Part shown: piece after piece, positions 1-11,300 of the stretch
How the letters are laid out: every line of letters starts with the position of its first letter
How positions within the stretch are numbered: the first letter of the stretch is position 1
Origin: an uncultured virus (IMG/VR IMGVR_UViG_3300005265_000028)
Lineage: Duplodnaviria > Heunggongvirae > Uroviricota > Caudoviricetes
DNA length: 64,000 nucleotides
Strand: one strand, 5' to 3'
IMG/VR virus record: IMGVR_UViG_3300005265_000028
Program-made: the position numbers and the translations under genes
Notes under the pieces: model-generated
Told to the model about the DNA's origin: nothing
Seen by the model: only the letters and a program-made list of their open reading frames with translations
The model's database searches: none

Positions 1-3000
1 GCTGATTTCAGGAAATTCGATTTGATACGCAGCCTGATGTTTGGTACTAAACGATACGTAGAGTTCAAAGACTCTATGTATTATTACGCTCAGGATGTTA
101 ACTTTATCAGTTACCTGAGAGCATTAGATGACGAACCTATACGTGAGTACCAGAAACTAGCTGGCAAGATGAGCAAGATAATAAACGAGCGTGAAAAGGG
201 CAGAACCATAGCACCAGAGGTTGTAGAAGCGCAAGTGGAGCTGATACTAGCGCGTGTCCACAAGGAACTCGACGTCAGGCTCGAACGATTGTTACAAAAA
301 GATAATATCACATTACACAGACCGTTCCTTAAGCTCGATGAACGATTGGGGCTCAGACGGATACGAACGGATAGCATGGAGAAGGCTGCAGCTGATATTA
401 ACATCATACTATCTCAGCTGACTAAACGTATCTATGGCGAGAAAGCTGAAACGATACCAGCTGGTCGTATGGCTAAACGGTTACTACTGCATGCTAGTAA
501 AGAAGAAGTCGCCGAGATGTTGCAACGTGGCGCTGCAGAAAGCACTGCACGTACTGTCGGCGATGCTGTGATAGAATCTTTCGTAAAGAAAGGGAAACTA
601 ACAGTCGGGTCTAAAAGTATACTGGGAAGCGCTATAATAAGCTCAGCTGGTATGCAAGCGTTTGAACGATTCAGAAAACAATTCGAAGCAACAAGCGGTC
701 AGCTGAAGAAAGATAGTTCAGATGTCGGGTCGTTAATAGCAGAAGCGTTATACAAAGCTAAGATAACGACACCTGAGCAATACTTCGCACCTAAGTTGAA
801 TAAACAAACATTCGAGAAGATAAAGGAACGTGCACTTGAGCTCGCGAAGATGCATGAGTCGTTAGAGGGGAATGTGTCGAAACTGGCTAGCAAACTCAAG
901 GTGCAGAGTATAGAATACAAATCGTTACTACCGTATTACAGAAAAGCTCTGAAGTTCGATCGGAACGAGATAGCAAAGGATATTAATTATCTGTTCAAAT
1001 ACATACAGCATAGTGTTGGGGACAACATAAATGTTATGATGCGAGTGGTACATGGCGGTAAGAACGTTCAGATAGGTGTATTGTCTGAACGTTCTATTGA
1101 AGCTGCCAGAACATTCGTATCAGGCACAGCTGGCGATGTTATAAAGCCACAGCGCATATATTCAGCTGAAGCTAATATACTCAACCTGATAGATATACCT
1201 ATACCGGGCACAGAAGAAGTTACAGTTGCTGGTCGTAAGTTATCTAATATGGTGTTCGCACAGTATCCAGCTGAGCTGGCACGCAAGTTCAATCTGTTAG
1301 GCACGACGGAGGATCTGTCACGTCTATCAGATGCCGCTATAAGACGCAGGTTAGTCAAACAAGGAGTTATAAAAGAGAAGGATTACTACACATTAACTGA
1401 TATAATGATGTCTGTATATAAAGATCAAACGTTATGGCGTAATGTCAAACGTAAGAGTTATCGTATGTATGAAGTAGCGCGTGAATACGAACAAGTAATT
1501 GATTACGAAGCGAAACGGAAGCTGCGGGAAGAGTATCTACGTTTGAGTCGTGAGATAAATACTATGTTCAATATGAGACGTAACGAGGTTGTGAAGCTGT
1601 TGTCACATGTTCAGAGTCCGGAACGTTGGCTCGAAACAATAATGGGCGAACATGCAATCGAATTAGCTTCACAGACTGGTTCGATGTCTGATGTGTTCAA
1701 GAATACATTGATACATTATCCTGATATAGCTTCAGCGTTCGGTACAGAGAAGATAAAAGCGTTAATAGAGAATGTTGCGGAAACATTAAAAGACAAGAGT
1801 AATATCGGTCGTCTATGGGGACGAGTTGAAAAGGAAATCAAAGGTAACGTGTATCCGATAGACCTATCGGCGTTATTCCCGTATGGTCGCGAGACCAACC
1901 CTCAGTCGCCACGTATCGAACAGATGTTGAGACACCATATGCTTGAGACACATGAGGGTGGTATAAAGAACGTGCCGTATGCAGAAACTGAATACATGCG
2001 TGAATACAAAGCTATCGCTAAGGAGGTACGTAAGAAACATAACCTACGCGAAGCTCAGAGCCAGATGCCGATGGTTGTTGGGTTAGCTGATGTTGATGAT
2101 CAGCTGATACGTTACATCGAGAAGAACTACGGTTACAGACCGCTTGGCGCTACGACTATAGAGAGCCGTGCTATAGTGTCATCGAGCGTTATGGAGCGTT
2201 ACACGATAACAGATGAGTTACACAAAACTATCGCGAACACAATAGTGCATAATGTTCATGGTAAACCAGTCGAACGTAAAGTCGGCGATGTGATAGAGCA
2301 CGGAGCTTTATTGGGTTACACTAAAGAGGGTCAGGAAATACGGTTCATCCATCCGTTCCAGGAACAAGCTAAATACATAGGCGATTACCTCATGGAGCTA
2401 ACTGGCGACAAGAGGGTTGTGCAACGGCAGCTGCAAGGTTTGAAAGCTGGTCAGGCACGTATAGCAGCCATTGAGACTATGGCTGGTGGCACTAAACGTT
2501 ATAAGATAGAGATACCCAAGCCATTTATTGAATCGATAGACCTGCTGGTGCCCGGTACTAAGGTTACAGCTGAGTTCATACGTAAAGAACATCTTGCTGA
2601 CGTCCTGCCGGGTTATATGGAGATGGTCATGTCGCCACAGGAACTAGCGAAATCTTCGAGGTTACATCCCGGTACGTTGATGGCTGGACATGTTGGCTAT
2701 GCTGTCGCAGCGTTACGTGACGAAGAGATATTACGGTCCAGAGCTAAACGGATGGGTCTGAAAGATGTGGATACAGCAGTTAAGCAGATGAGAGCTGAAG
2801 CATATGAAACTATAAAGCTGTTCACTGGTATAACGAAGGAGAAGCTCGATGTTACGAAACCCGTGTTAACACCGATTTCGTTACCGAAGGAAGAAGCTAA
2901 AGCAGCAATCGAAGCAGCTAGCAAGATGAAGCTATTCCAGCCGATATATAACAAGGAGTTGGGTCTACATATCAAGGAGTTAGCATTCGATTTCGTTGTC

Positions 3001-5364
3001 AGTTCAAATATATTCTTTTCACGTACACGCGGTATGACCCCTAATATAGCTACAACAGGGGTTCGTTTCGGGCATCGCGAGTTAGCGTTCCTCGTGCAAC
3101 AGGGGTATAACGAGATAGCTAAACATATAATGATGGAGTTCGATCGTGAAGCTTATCGGAAAGGTAAATATTTCAAACGTGCGATCGACGCGCTCGCTGG
3201 TAAAGCGAAACGGCCGAAAGGGGTAGAAGCGTTAAGGTTAGAAGATTTTGTGCCCGTAGAATCGGTTACCGGCAAAGGTTACCAGAAAGCTGGTACTATA
3301 CTTGAAGCTATATCGAAGAGCGGTGGCTGGATCAAACTACCGAAGGAGATAATGTTCAACCCATACCGCACACGTTCACGTGGCGCCGGAGCTGGTAACC
3401 TCATAGAGCTAAGCGAGATATATGTACCGCCGGTTAGTATGTTCAAAGGTAAAGAAGGAGTATACGGCGAGTACGTATCAATAATCGGTGATCTGTATAA
3501 AGCTATGAAATCAGAGACACCGGAACGTGATACGTTACGTGCTGTCGAACGGTTCTCTGAACGTGTTGTAGCTGATGTATTCGGGAAACGTTCTGTACTC
3601 ATGAAAGCACAAGTTGCGGATATGCCGATGTCAGCTGTTGCGAGAGCTGCACCAGCTGTTACAGGCGCTCCTGCCACAATATATATGCATCCAGAAACTT
3701 TCAAAGCACAATTCGCTGGTGCTGGTGTGAGTGGCGAGAAAGCGCTTGAAGTATTAAAGATTCTGCAGAGCCGTGGTGAGGAGATGCATATGCTAGCTCA
3801 TAGGTTCCCGACTGCATATGCGGAATCGACTTCAGCTGTAGCGGTAAGGGTTGCGACTAAAGAATCGAAGCTCGGTCCGATAGCGCCGGGTGTTGTGCAT
3901 ATAGACCTCGGGTCGATGGCGCTTAAGCACGGAGATTTCGATTCAGATCTACTGGCACGTATAGGGTTATACAATATTAAGAAGGAACAATGGGAGAAAT
4001 GGGACGCCAAGAAGATAGCAGACGAGATAGAGCGCTCGCAGCTGCATAAGGAGATGAAACGGTTCCGTGCGAAACGTATAGAGCACGTTCAGGCAGCTGA
4101 ACGTATATTAAGAGCCAAGTACAGAGATACAGCTGAATCTGAACAGCTGAAGAATCTCGTGTCGAAATACGGGTTAGAGAATGTATACGAATCGTTACAT
4201 GCTAAGTATAGTTATATAGCAGATGAAGCGATAGAGAAAATGTCTGAGCAGGAGTTCCTTAAGGGTATCTCTGATCTATTGGAAGCCAAAGCTGGCACTA
4301 AGACATGGACTGGCTCGTTACACAACTTCGCTACAGCTGTATCAAGTATGGGTAGCGAAGTATGGGGTGGCAGCAAAGATATGGCCGCTAAGATGGAAGC
4401 GGTTACAGCTTTCTCAGGCGCGTTATCACAATCGATACTTTCAACCAAAAAGACTGGTGCACCACCAGTTGAAGAGTTGTTGTCGATACTCGGATCACGT
4501 AAGATATCAACATTACCAGAAGCTGAGAGCTGGTTCGTTGAAGCGTTAAAGAAGCACGGCGTATACGAAGATTTCATCGGTGTAGCTGGCAAGCACATGT
4601 TATTGTCAGGTGTAGCGGATACAGAAGAAAAGATAGCTGAGCTCGGACGTAAAGCGATAAGTGGTACATTCGAGATGTTCAGAGCGTATGCCAATATGAC
4701 AGGTAAATCCATATCGGTACGCGAATATGCTGCGAGTCCAGCGTTCAAACGCGCATACAAGAGTGAACATTCGCTGAAAGGGATATCAGTGATGGAAGCA
4801 GCTGAAGCTTTAGAAGAAAGCAATCTCGGCCGTACCATTTCTGGTTTATTGGCACACGGCACAGTTGGAGCTGATCCACGTAAAGCGGTTAGACAGATGG
4901 AGATAGGAACAGCGACCGAAGCGGTAACGAAAGCAATATCAGGTGCTGCGAATGAAGCGGTAAAAGAAGTGCTGGATAACTCATTAGCACGCAAGGTTGG
5001 GATAGGCGCTGCGGTTGCAATCGGAGCATTCGGGCTATTCTCTATGTTACCGCTTGGCGGTGGTCCCGGTGATAGTAGCAGTTACGGTGGTGCTCAGAAG
5101 TACATGAGTGGTTCAACGTTATCGCAATACGTGTACAACGATTTCATGTCGTCGAGCGGACCGCCAAGTTACGAATCGATGTATATAGATGTTTCAGCGA
5201 AATCTGATGGTACAGCTGAAGATATAAATAAACAGGCGTTACTTGCTATAAGGAACACAATGCCTGTAGCAGTTAAAGGCGAAATAAATATAAACGATAA
5301 TCGTCAACAAGTGCACGAGTTGGTCGACAGAGTACTCAACCGTGCGATAAGAAGGATGGTGTAG
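1..5364 (+). CDS. Giant virion-module protein with fused RNA polymerase beta/beta-prime-like motifs (candidate virion RNAP); 5' end lies outside the window
   Basis: Frame is open from base 1. Collinear beta-like motifs SALFPY, TIESRAIVS, KVGDVIEHGALLG, GTKVT, MEMVMSPQ..SRLHPGTLMAGHVG and GVRFGHRELAFL are followed by beta-prime-like GWIKLP, IYVPP, FGKR, AHRFPT and HGDFDSD. C-terminus has a Gly/Ala hydrophobic segment. Confidence 0.75.
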   Translation, partial: ADFRKFDLIRSLMFGTKRYVEFKDSMYYYAQDVNFISYLRALDDEPIREYQKLAGKMSKIINEREKGRTIAPEVVEAQVELILARVHKELDVRLERLLQKDNITLHRPFLKLDERLGLRRIRTDSMEKAAADINIILSQLTKRIYGEKAETIPAGRMAKRLLLHASKEEVAEMLQRGAAESTARTVGDAVIESFVKKGKLTVGSKSILGSAIISSAGMQAFERFRKQFEATSGQLKKDSSDVGSLIAEALYKAKITTPEQYFAPKLNKQTFEKIKERALELAKMHESLEGNVSKLASKLKVQSIEYKSLLPYYRKALKFDRNEIAKDINYLFKYIQHSVGDNINVMMRVVHGGKNVQIGVLSERSIEAARTFVSGTAGDVIKPQRIYSAEANILNLIDIPIPGTEEVTVAGRKLSNMVFAQYPAELARKFNLLGTTEDLSRLSDAAIRRRLVKQGVIKEKDYYTLTDIMMSVYKDQTLWRNVKRKSYRMYEVAREYEQVIDYEAKRKLREEYLRLSREINTMFNMRRNEVVKLLSHVQSPERWLETIMGEHAIELASQTGSMSDVFKNTLIHYPDIASAFGTEKIKALIENVAETLKDKSNIGRLWGRVEKEIKGNVYPIDLSALFPYGRETNPQSPRIEQMLRHHMLETHEGGIKNVPYAETEYMREYKAIAKEVRKKHNLREAQSQMPMVVGLADVDDQLIRYIEKNYGYRPLGATTIESRAIVSSSVMERYTITDELHKTIANTIVHNVHGKPVERKVGDVIEHGALLGYTKEGQEIRFIHPFQEQAKYIGDYLMELTGDKRVVQRQLQGLKAGQARIAAIETMAGGTKRYKIEIPKPFIESIDLLVPGTKVTAEFIRKEHLADVLPGYMEMVMSPQELAKSSRLHPGTLMAGHVGYAVAALRDEEILRSRAKRMGLKDVDTAVKQMRAEAYETIKLFTGITKEKLDVTKPVLTPISLPKEEAKAAIEAASKMKLFQPIYNKELGLHIKELAFDFVVSSNIFFSRTRGMTPNIATTGVRFGHRELAFLVQQGYNEIAKHIMMEFDREAYRKGKYFKRAIDALAGKAKRPKGVEALRLEDFVPVESVTGKGYQKAGTILEAISKSGGWIKLPKEIMFNPYRTRSRGAGAGNLIELSEIYVPPVSMFKGKEGVYGEYVSIIGDLYKAMKSETPERDTLRAVERFSERVVADVFGKRSVLMKAQVADMPMSAVARAAPAVTGAPATIYMHPETFKAQFAGAGVSGEKALEVLKILQSRGEEMHMLAHRFPTAYAESTSAVAVRVATKESKLGPIAPGVVHIDLGSMALKHGDFDSDLLARIGLYNIKKEQWEKWDAKKIADEIERSQLHKEMKRFRAKRIEHVQAAERILRAKYRDTAESEQLKNLVSKYGLENVYESLHAKYSYIADEAIEKMSEQEFLKGISDLLEAKAGTKTWTGSLHNFATAVSSMGSEVWGGSKDMAAKMEAVTAFSGALSQSILSTKKTGAPPVEELLSILGSRKISTLPEAESWFVEALKKHGVYEDFIGVAGKHMLLSGVADTEEKIAELGRKAISGTFEMFRAYANMTGKSISVREYAASPAFKRAYKSEHSLKGISVMEAAEALEESNLGRTISGLLAHGTVGADPRKAVRQMEIGTATEAVTKAISGAANEAVKEVLDNSLARKVGIGAAVAIGAFGLFSMLPLGGGPGDSSSYGGAQKYMSGSTLSQYVYNDFMSSSGPPSYESMYIDVSAKSDGTAEDINKQALLAIRNTMPVAVKGEININDNRQQVHELVDRVLNRAIRRMV

Positions 5365-5367
5365 CAG

Positions 5368-8300
5368 TTGAGTAATAATGATACAAAAAATATAGAGTAC
5401 ATAAGTGAGGAACAGGACAAACACACGCAAAAGGATGTAAATGATATATATAACAGAGTTAATAGTGTATTCGATGAAGTTGATTTACCGATAGATGATA
5501 AGACTGGTATCAGCCTATTGGATTATCCGGATCGATACATCGGTGATGAACGGTTCGTACGTCAGGGTTATATCAGGATAGGTGATTCTATATTCAGGTG
5601 TCCGCCTACTGCTATAAGTGTAAGGGTTACGAATGATGTGCATGCTATACCACTAGTGCGTTCCAGCACGATGCAGCTGTTCTCAACTGGTAAATGCGAG
5701 AAGGTTGTATCGATAGAGCTATATTTCAATGGTCGGAGCGAAATATATGGTATAGAACGTAGTGTTCCGTACTACGAAGACGGCGTGATAAGATACAGAA
5801 ACGTGCCGCATCCCAACACATTGAGAGCGCTTGTAGCACAATTCAAACGTATGCCGTTCGTACCAGTTGAGAGTCATGAGCTAATCAAATACGGTATCGA
5901 TGCTCTGGCGTTACTACAGCTCGATATAGAGACTGTTCCGAACTATCCTAATCTTCTGAAAGCTACAATAACTGCTACACAGTACGAATACAGACATGTA
6001 TTACCTGGGATGTACAGATTACAGGATTGGATCATATGGCCTGTATGGCGTTGGCATTGGCGGAACGAATACATCGACACGGCTGCTACAGATAACTCAG
6101 CTGATGTGTCTAACCGTATAGATGCGCCACCTGAAGACGACAAACCGTTCAATGAGATAAAGTTTTATGTGCTCGACAAGAGTGAGCTGGAGAAACGTAA
6201 GATAGCGCGCCAGAAGATTGATTTATCTTTAGGCGAAGCATACAAATGGACAGAATCTGAGCTCATAAAACACGCATACGCGTGGGATATGGATTACGAG
6301 AATATACATGTTATCAGTATGCATATATCGTTTACCAACCAGTTCTCTGCGTTACAGTTGTTAGATTCCGAGCATAGCGCGTTACAGTTCATGGGTGGCA
6401 ACAACTGTGTAGTACAGTTCAACGGTTATTGTCGCGACTATACGATTGATAAGTTCGAAGCTATGTTCGGCAGGATACGCGAGCTCGTGCGTTCGTATCA
6501 TTTCGAGATAAACTCGGGGTTCTTCTTCATAGAGAACGAATTACTGAATAAGCTGAATGTACATAATTTCATACCATCACGCTACGAGTTCACAACTGTA
6601 CAGAATCAGCCATCACTCAGAGCGTTCACAATACAAGCTATGGAGTTCGATACACAGCAGAGTGCTTACGAACAATTCAAACGTATAAGAACAATACTGA
6701 CACAAGAGAAGCTGCAACGCTTAAGAATAGATGATACTAATAGCACATTGAGTGAAATAAACAGAGCCATCCATGCTGCTATAACCGAGAAAGCGTTAAG
6801 TAACAGTAGCGTTGTGGCATTCGCTTCGATAACCGGTCGGTTAGAAGTGTTAAAAGGAGTTAACGTATACAGGATACTTGATTACCGTAAGTCAGGGATG
6901 TTCAAGAATGCTGGTTACAAACAATCAGCTATGGAAGCTATGAAATCGATGGAGCTATATCCCGACTTGTCTCTGCCGACTGTTGAAGACCTGGTGCATA
7001 GCATAATAGGTATAAGCGCAGATTTCGTGCGACACGGCGGGAAACCGTTAGTTATATACGAGATAAGTAAACAGGAACAAGATAGGGTATCAGCTGTTGC
7101 AGGTCAAATCATGGAGATAGCTTCCAATATGATAACGACTAATATACCGGATGCTGCACAGACGCTTGATCTGTATAACAGCCAGCTGAGATATCGTATA
7201 GATATTAATAGCATAAAACCAGGGTTAATAGATATTGCGATGTTCTATACCGGCGGGTTATACGTCGATCCTGATTTCTATATGTATAAACTGAACTACA
7301 ACCCGTTTGTAGAGAGCTTGTTAGGGCAAGCTGAGCTGAGCGCTGATGAATACATAGTAGAACGCACGCGGCAACAATACATAGGTAAATACAGATTACC
7401 TCGTTCAGCTGATATAGATGAAGCTGTAGGTGCATTCGCGTTGAATACAACTATGATAGAAAACATGCATCACGTGATAATGGCTGGTGATAAACAAGGA
7501 TTAACACCTATAGACGTATACACAGACCTTATGACCGATAGCACAGCGGTAGCAGCAGCTATATCAGAGTTCTATACCGGTAAGCTGTTCGGGCCGAATA
7601 ATGATCCAACCGAATACATTGAAAAAGTTGATAGTAACGATATTCCCGGTATAGAGATATATCGTGATAACGAGTACAAGAAAGAGCACGTCGATATGTT
7701 ATGGAAGCTGTTACGAGAGAGTATAGGGCAACATATACAGGATAGCCCTATGTATTACCTACAGAAACTCGAGAGTAAACAGACGAATATCATGACACCA
7801 CCGGTTATATATGCAGCTGTATACGCGAAGTTCGGGTTCGAGAGCCTCAACATCAACGAAGCCGATGATGTATTCGAGTTCGTTGAGCTGTTCAGTAAGG
7901 AGTTGAATATGGCGGAAGCGTTCAGAGGCGACGATACAGTTCAGCTCGATATATGGCAACGTATAAGGATATGGGTTGCCGATACGTTGAACTATGCCGA
8001 ACGGTATATGAAATGGCAGTTGGATACTATTGATTTGTTCACCAACATAATCTATGCCTATATGTTGGCATCGTTCAAGCATAACAAGACCAGGTTCAGC
8101 TTCCCACGTGAACCCATCGGCACGGTTGGTGTGCCGGTTGAACTGTCACCAACAACTGGTGCTGCAGAGAATATTGTCTGGCCAAACTTGGAGTCGTTAC
8201 AGCCTGGTATAATGGAAGAGCTCATTAAGTTCACACAGGCGTTGGTCGTGTACATAGATATATATAGTTACGAGATGACATATCATGCAAAAATAACCAA

Positions 8301-11300
8301 CGAAACTGCGATTGCAATTAATGAGACTATAGCCTCTGGCGCAAGTGTCTCGGAAACTGATATAAACTATACTAATTTAGTACGTGCTATTGGTCGGACG
8401 ATGCATTTGAAAGAAGGAATAGATCTGATACGTGTTATAAATGGCTTAAATGCAGCTGAACATAGCGGATATAACGATTACAAATCTGTGTTGATAAGTT
8501 CACCGATGCTTGAGCTTAATTTCAACAATTTAGTATCAAACAATAAAGAGGATTATAACTCGTATTGGGCGTTTGGGCCTCTGCAATTGTTGTTATATGA
8601 TATAGGCGAACCAGTGTTTGATAATGTATCTGATGAAAAGTTCCAAGAATACAGAAAACAATACAAGAAATTGATGTTACCATCAAAAACCGCATACGTC
8701 AGCCACGGCACAGTGCCTACAGATGTGGAGACAATGATAGTTACTCAGCTGAATTATAAACGTGATTTCATACGTAAGTTCATGAACTATATGTTATCTA
8801 ATTTACATGTTTATTACGAAGCTTGTTTATGGTTGTTACGTAGTAAATTAAAAGATATAGATGCCGGTCTTGTTGATGAGAACTACTTGAGAGCAATATG
8901 CACAGCTTGGTATAGTAAATCAGACGATAATTACTACAGATGTTTTATGTTAGGTTACGAGCAGGAGGTCCCGGAGATACGTAACAATCCTGAGCATTAC
9001 AACGCGTTGCTACAAGCTATGGGGAATGTGTTCAACGTGAATGCAACAACATATCAATCAGCTGATGCCGGTGCCAAACAGATGAGCAGTATATTCGATC
9101 AATACAGGGAAGAGAAATACAAAACTATTGGCGTTGAGACCAATACAGCTGGGCTTGGGTTCATGCAGTTCGTTCGTTACGGCGCACCGTTTGATCACAC
9201 GACTCAATTCGAGCATTTCTGGGGTCATTACATAGATTTGTTTGAGAACACGTTTTTCGGTCGTATAATCACCGCCTTTCCGTCTTATTGTCTGTTAATA
9301 ATAGATGAAGCGGAGAGCGGGTTCATAGCTTATAATCCGATATATAACTCAAGCGCAGCGCTTATATCGTGCTCCATACGTAGAGATTGGAAAGATCCAG
9401 TTGACGTATGCACTTTGGAGCTATCTAATTGTTATCGGCACCTATCGTCTTATCTGGCTGACCAGTACTTAGCGAACATGCAGTACCGACATAACTGGTT
9501 CTCTGCTATAGGGCTGTTGATGCCAGGTGTACTTGATAGAGCTTTCGGGTTCTATATCAAGGAACGTAACTACAGGTATATCCTGAACCAGAGAGAGAAG
9601 GATATCCAAGCGCTTATACTAAGACCTGGTGTCAGGATACATCTCAGGTTAGGTTATAGCGCTAACGCTATGAATATGCCGATAGCGTTTAACGGAACGG
9701 TTACTGAAGTTGCACCGGCAGGTGATACCCTCAGTATAATAGCGCAGGGTGATGGTGTAGAACTAGTGAAGAAGATACCAGCTACTAATATGGCAGCTGA
9801 CATAAGAACATTCAATTTCGGATGGGAGCCACGTGAGTTGATAGTACATATGATGATGTCACGGGGCGATATGTTCAATCGTGGTATAACACAGTACTGG
9901 TGGGAGATATTGAGAAGGTTCCTCGAAGGTTCTTTAGCTGGTCGTATATTCGCACGTAATCCGCTGGGTATAAAGCATTTCGGTGATCCATTATATTTCG
10001 ATTTGCAGGACGTTGATTTCTCTACACTTAACACGTACGACAAAATTTTTATAGAAATCAACAAGATAATTAGCGATGTCACAAACATTTATACGGGCGG
10101 TAAAATAGAATCAAAATTTCTCGGTGGTATTCCAAGTTTCGCGATCGCCTGTACGTTACCATTAGTAGCGGGTGTTGGTATTTATTATATTGGATTGCCC
10201 ATATTGTCAGCGGTAGCAGCAGCTCCTATTATAGGTATACCGCTTGCAGCTGCTACGGTGGGCGGAATATTTGCAGCAACGTATTACATAAGCAAATATT
10301 TCAAATTGACAGCACGCAAGGCATGTGGCGAGATAGGCGAGAACGTGTATTCGATAACCGGTTATGAAGAAGACGAGAACGGCGAGATACCACTTGGCCG
10401 TTTGAATTCAGATTTAGGGTTTTTGCATAGCAAAAAGGTCGGGATGAACATGTATATCTTCAACAAATCTCCCTGGGATCTGATGAGACTGATGGCAGAT
10501 GCTAACCCGAACTTTGTTGTCGCTGTCAGGCCGTTTGAGTTCAGATCAACACTATTCTTCGGGCAGCCGTATTATCAATACAGGTACAGCTATAGCCGTG
10601 TCGGTATCGATGAATGTCTCGCTAATGATAAGTTCATAAAGTATTACGGGATCCCGATGTGTTATTTGATGAAAACGTTCTCACAGATACATCTCGCACA
10701 TTCGTCGCTCAACATGTTCGGTAATAATATAACAGCAAGCGAAGATGAGATGTGTAACCAGATAATAGCTACGTATTACACACAACCGGGGTTATCACAA
10801 TCGAATATGGCAGCTGAAACACAGGTTGTATCACGCTGGATATATCCAGAGCGCCGTAAGACTAATATAGTCGATACTAATTATGTTGGTTTCACAATGG
10901 ATGATAGTCTACAAATGAGATATTTCGCTTTACCGTTCAAGAACTGGATACTCAAGCCTTTCTATAATATGCATACACGCTACTACACAACCAGAGAGAA
11001 AGCAAGGATGATAGCACGTAGCATACTACGCGATTACGTGCGGCAGATGTATCAAGGGTATGTGACCGTTATTGGTAACGGGACTATATGGCCGCATGAT
11101 AAGATGTATATAAACGATAACTATAACGATATGCGTGGTATGTCTATAGTGCAACAGGTCAATATACATTTCTCTAAGGAGACTGGTTTCGTCAACAACG
11201 TGAGAGTCGGGCCATACGCATATGTTAAAGGTGACAAGAAGCTGCTTGAGCTTACAGCGCATGGCAGATTGATGGGGATGACCGCTGTGTTGGTAACACA

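Noticed and set aside
1..5364. Plain tape measure protein or host rpoBC
   Set aside because: The collinear RNAP motifs argue against a simple tape measure; extreme divergence, DFDSD and the virion context argue against a cellular rpoBC.
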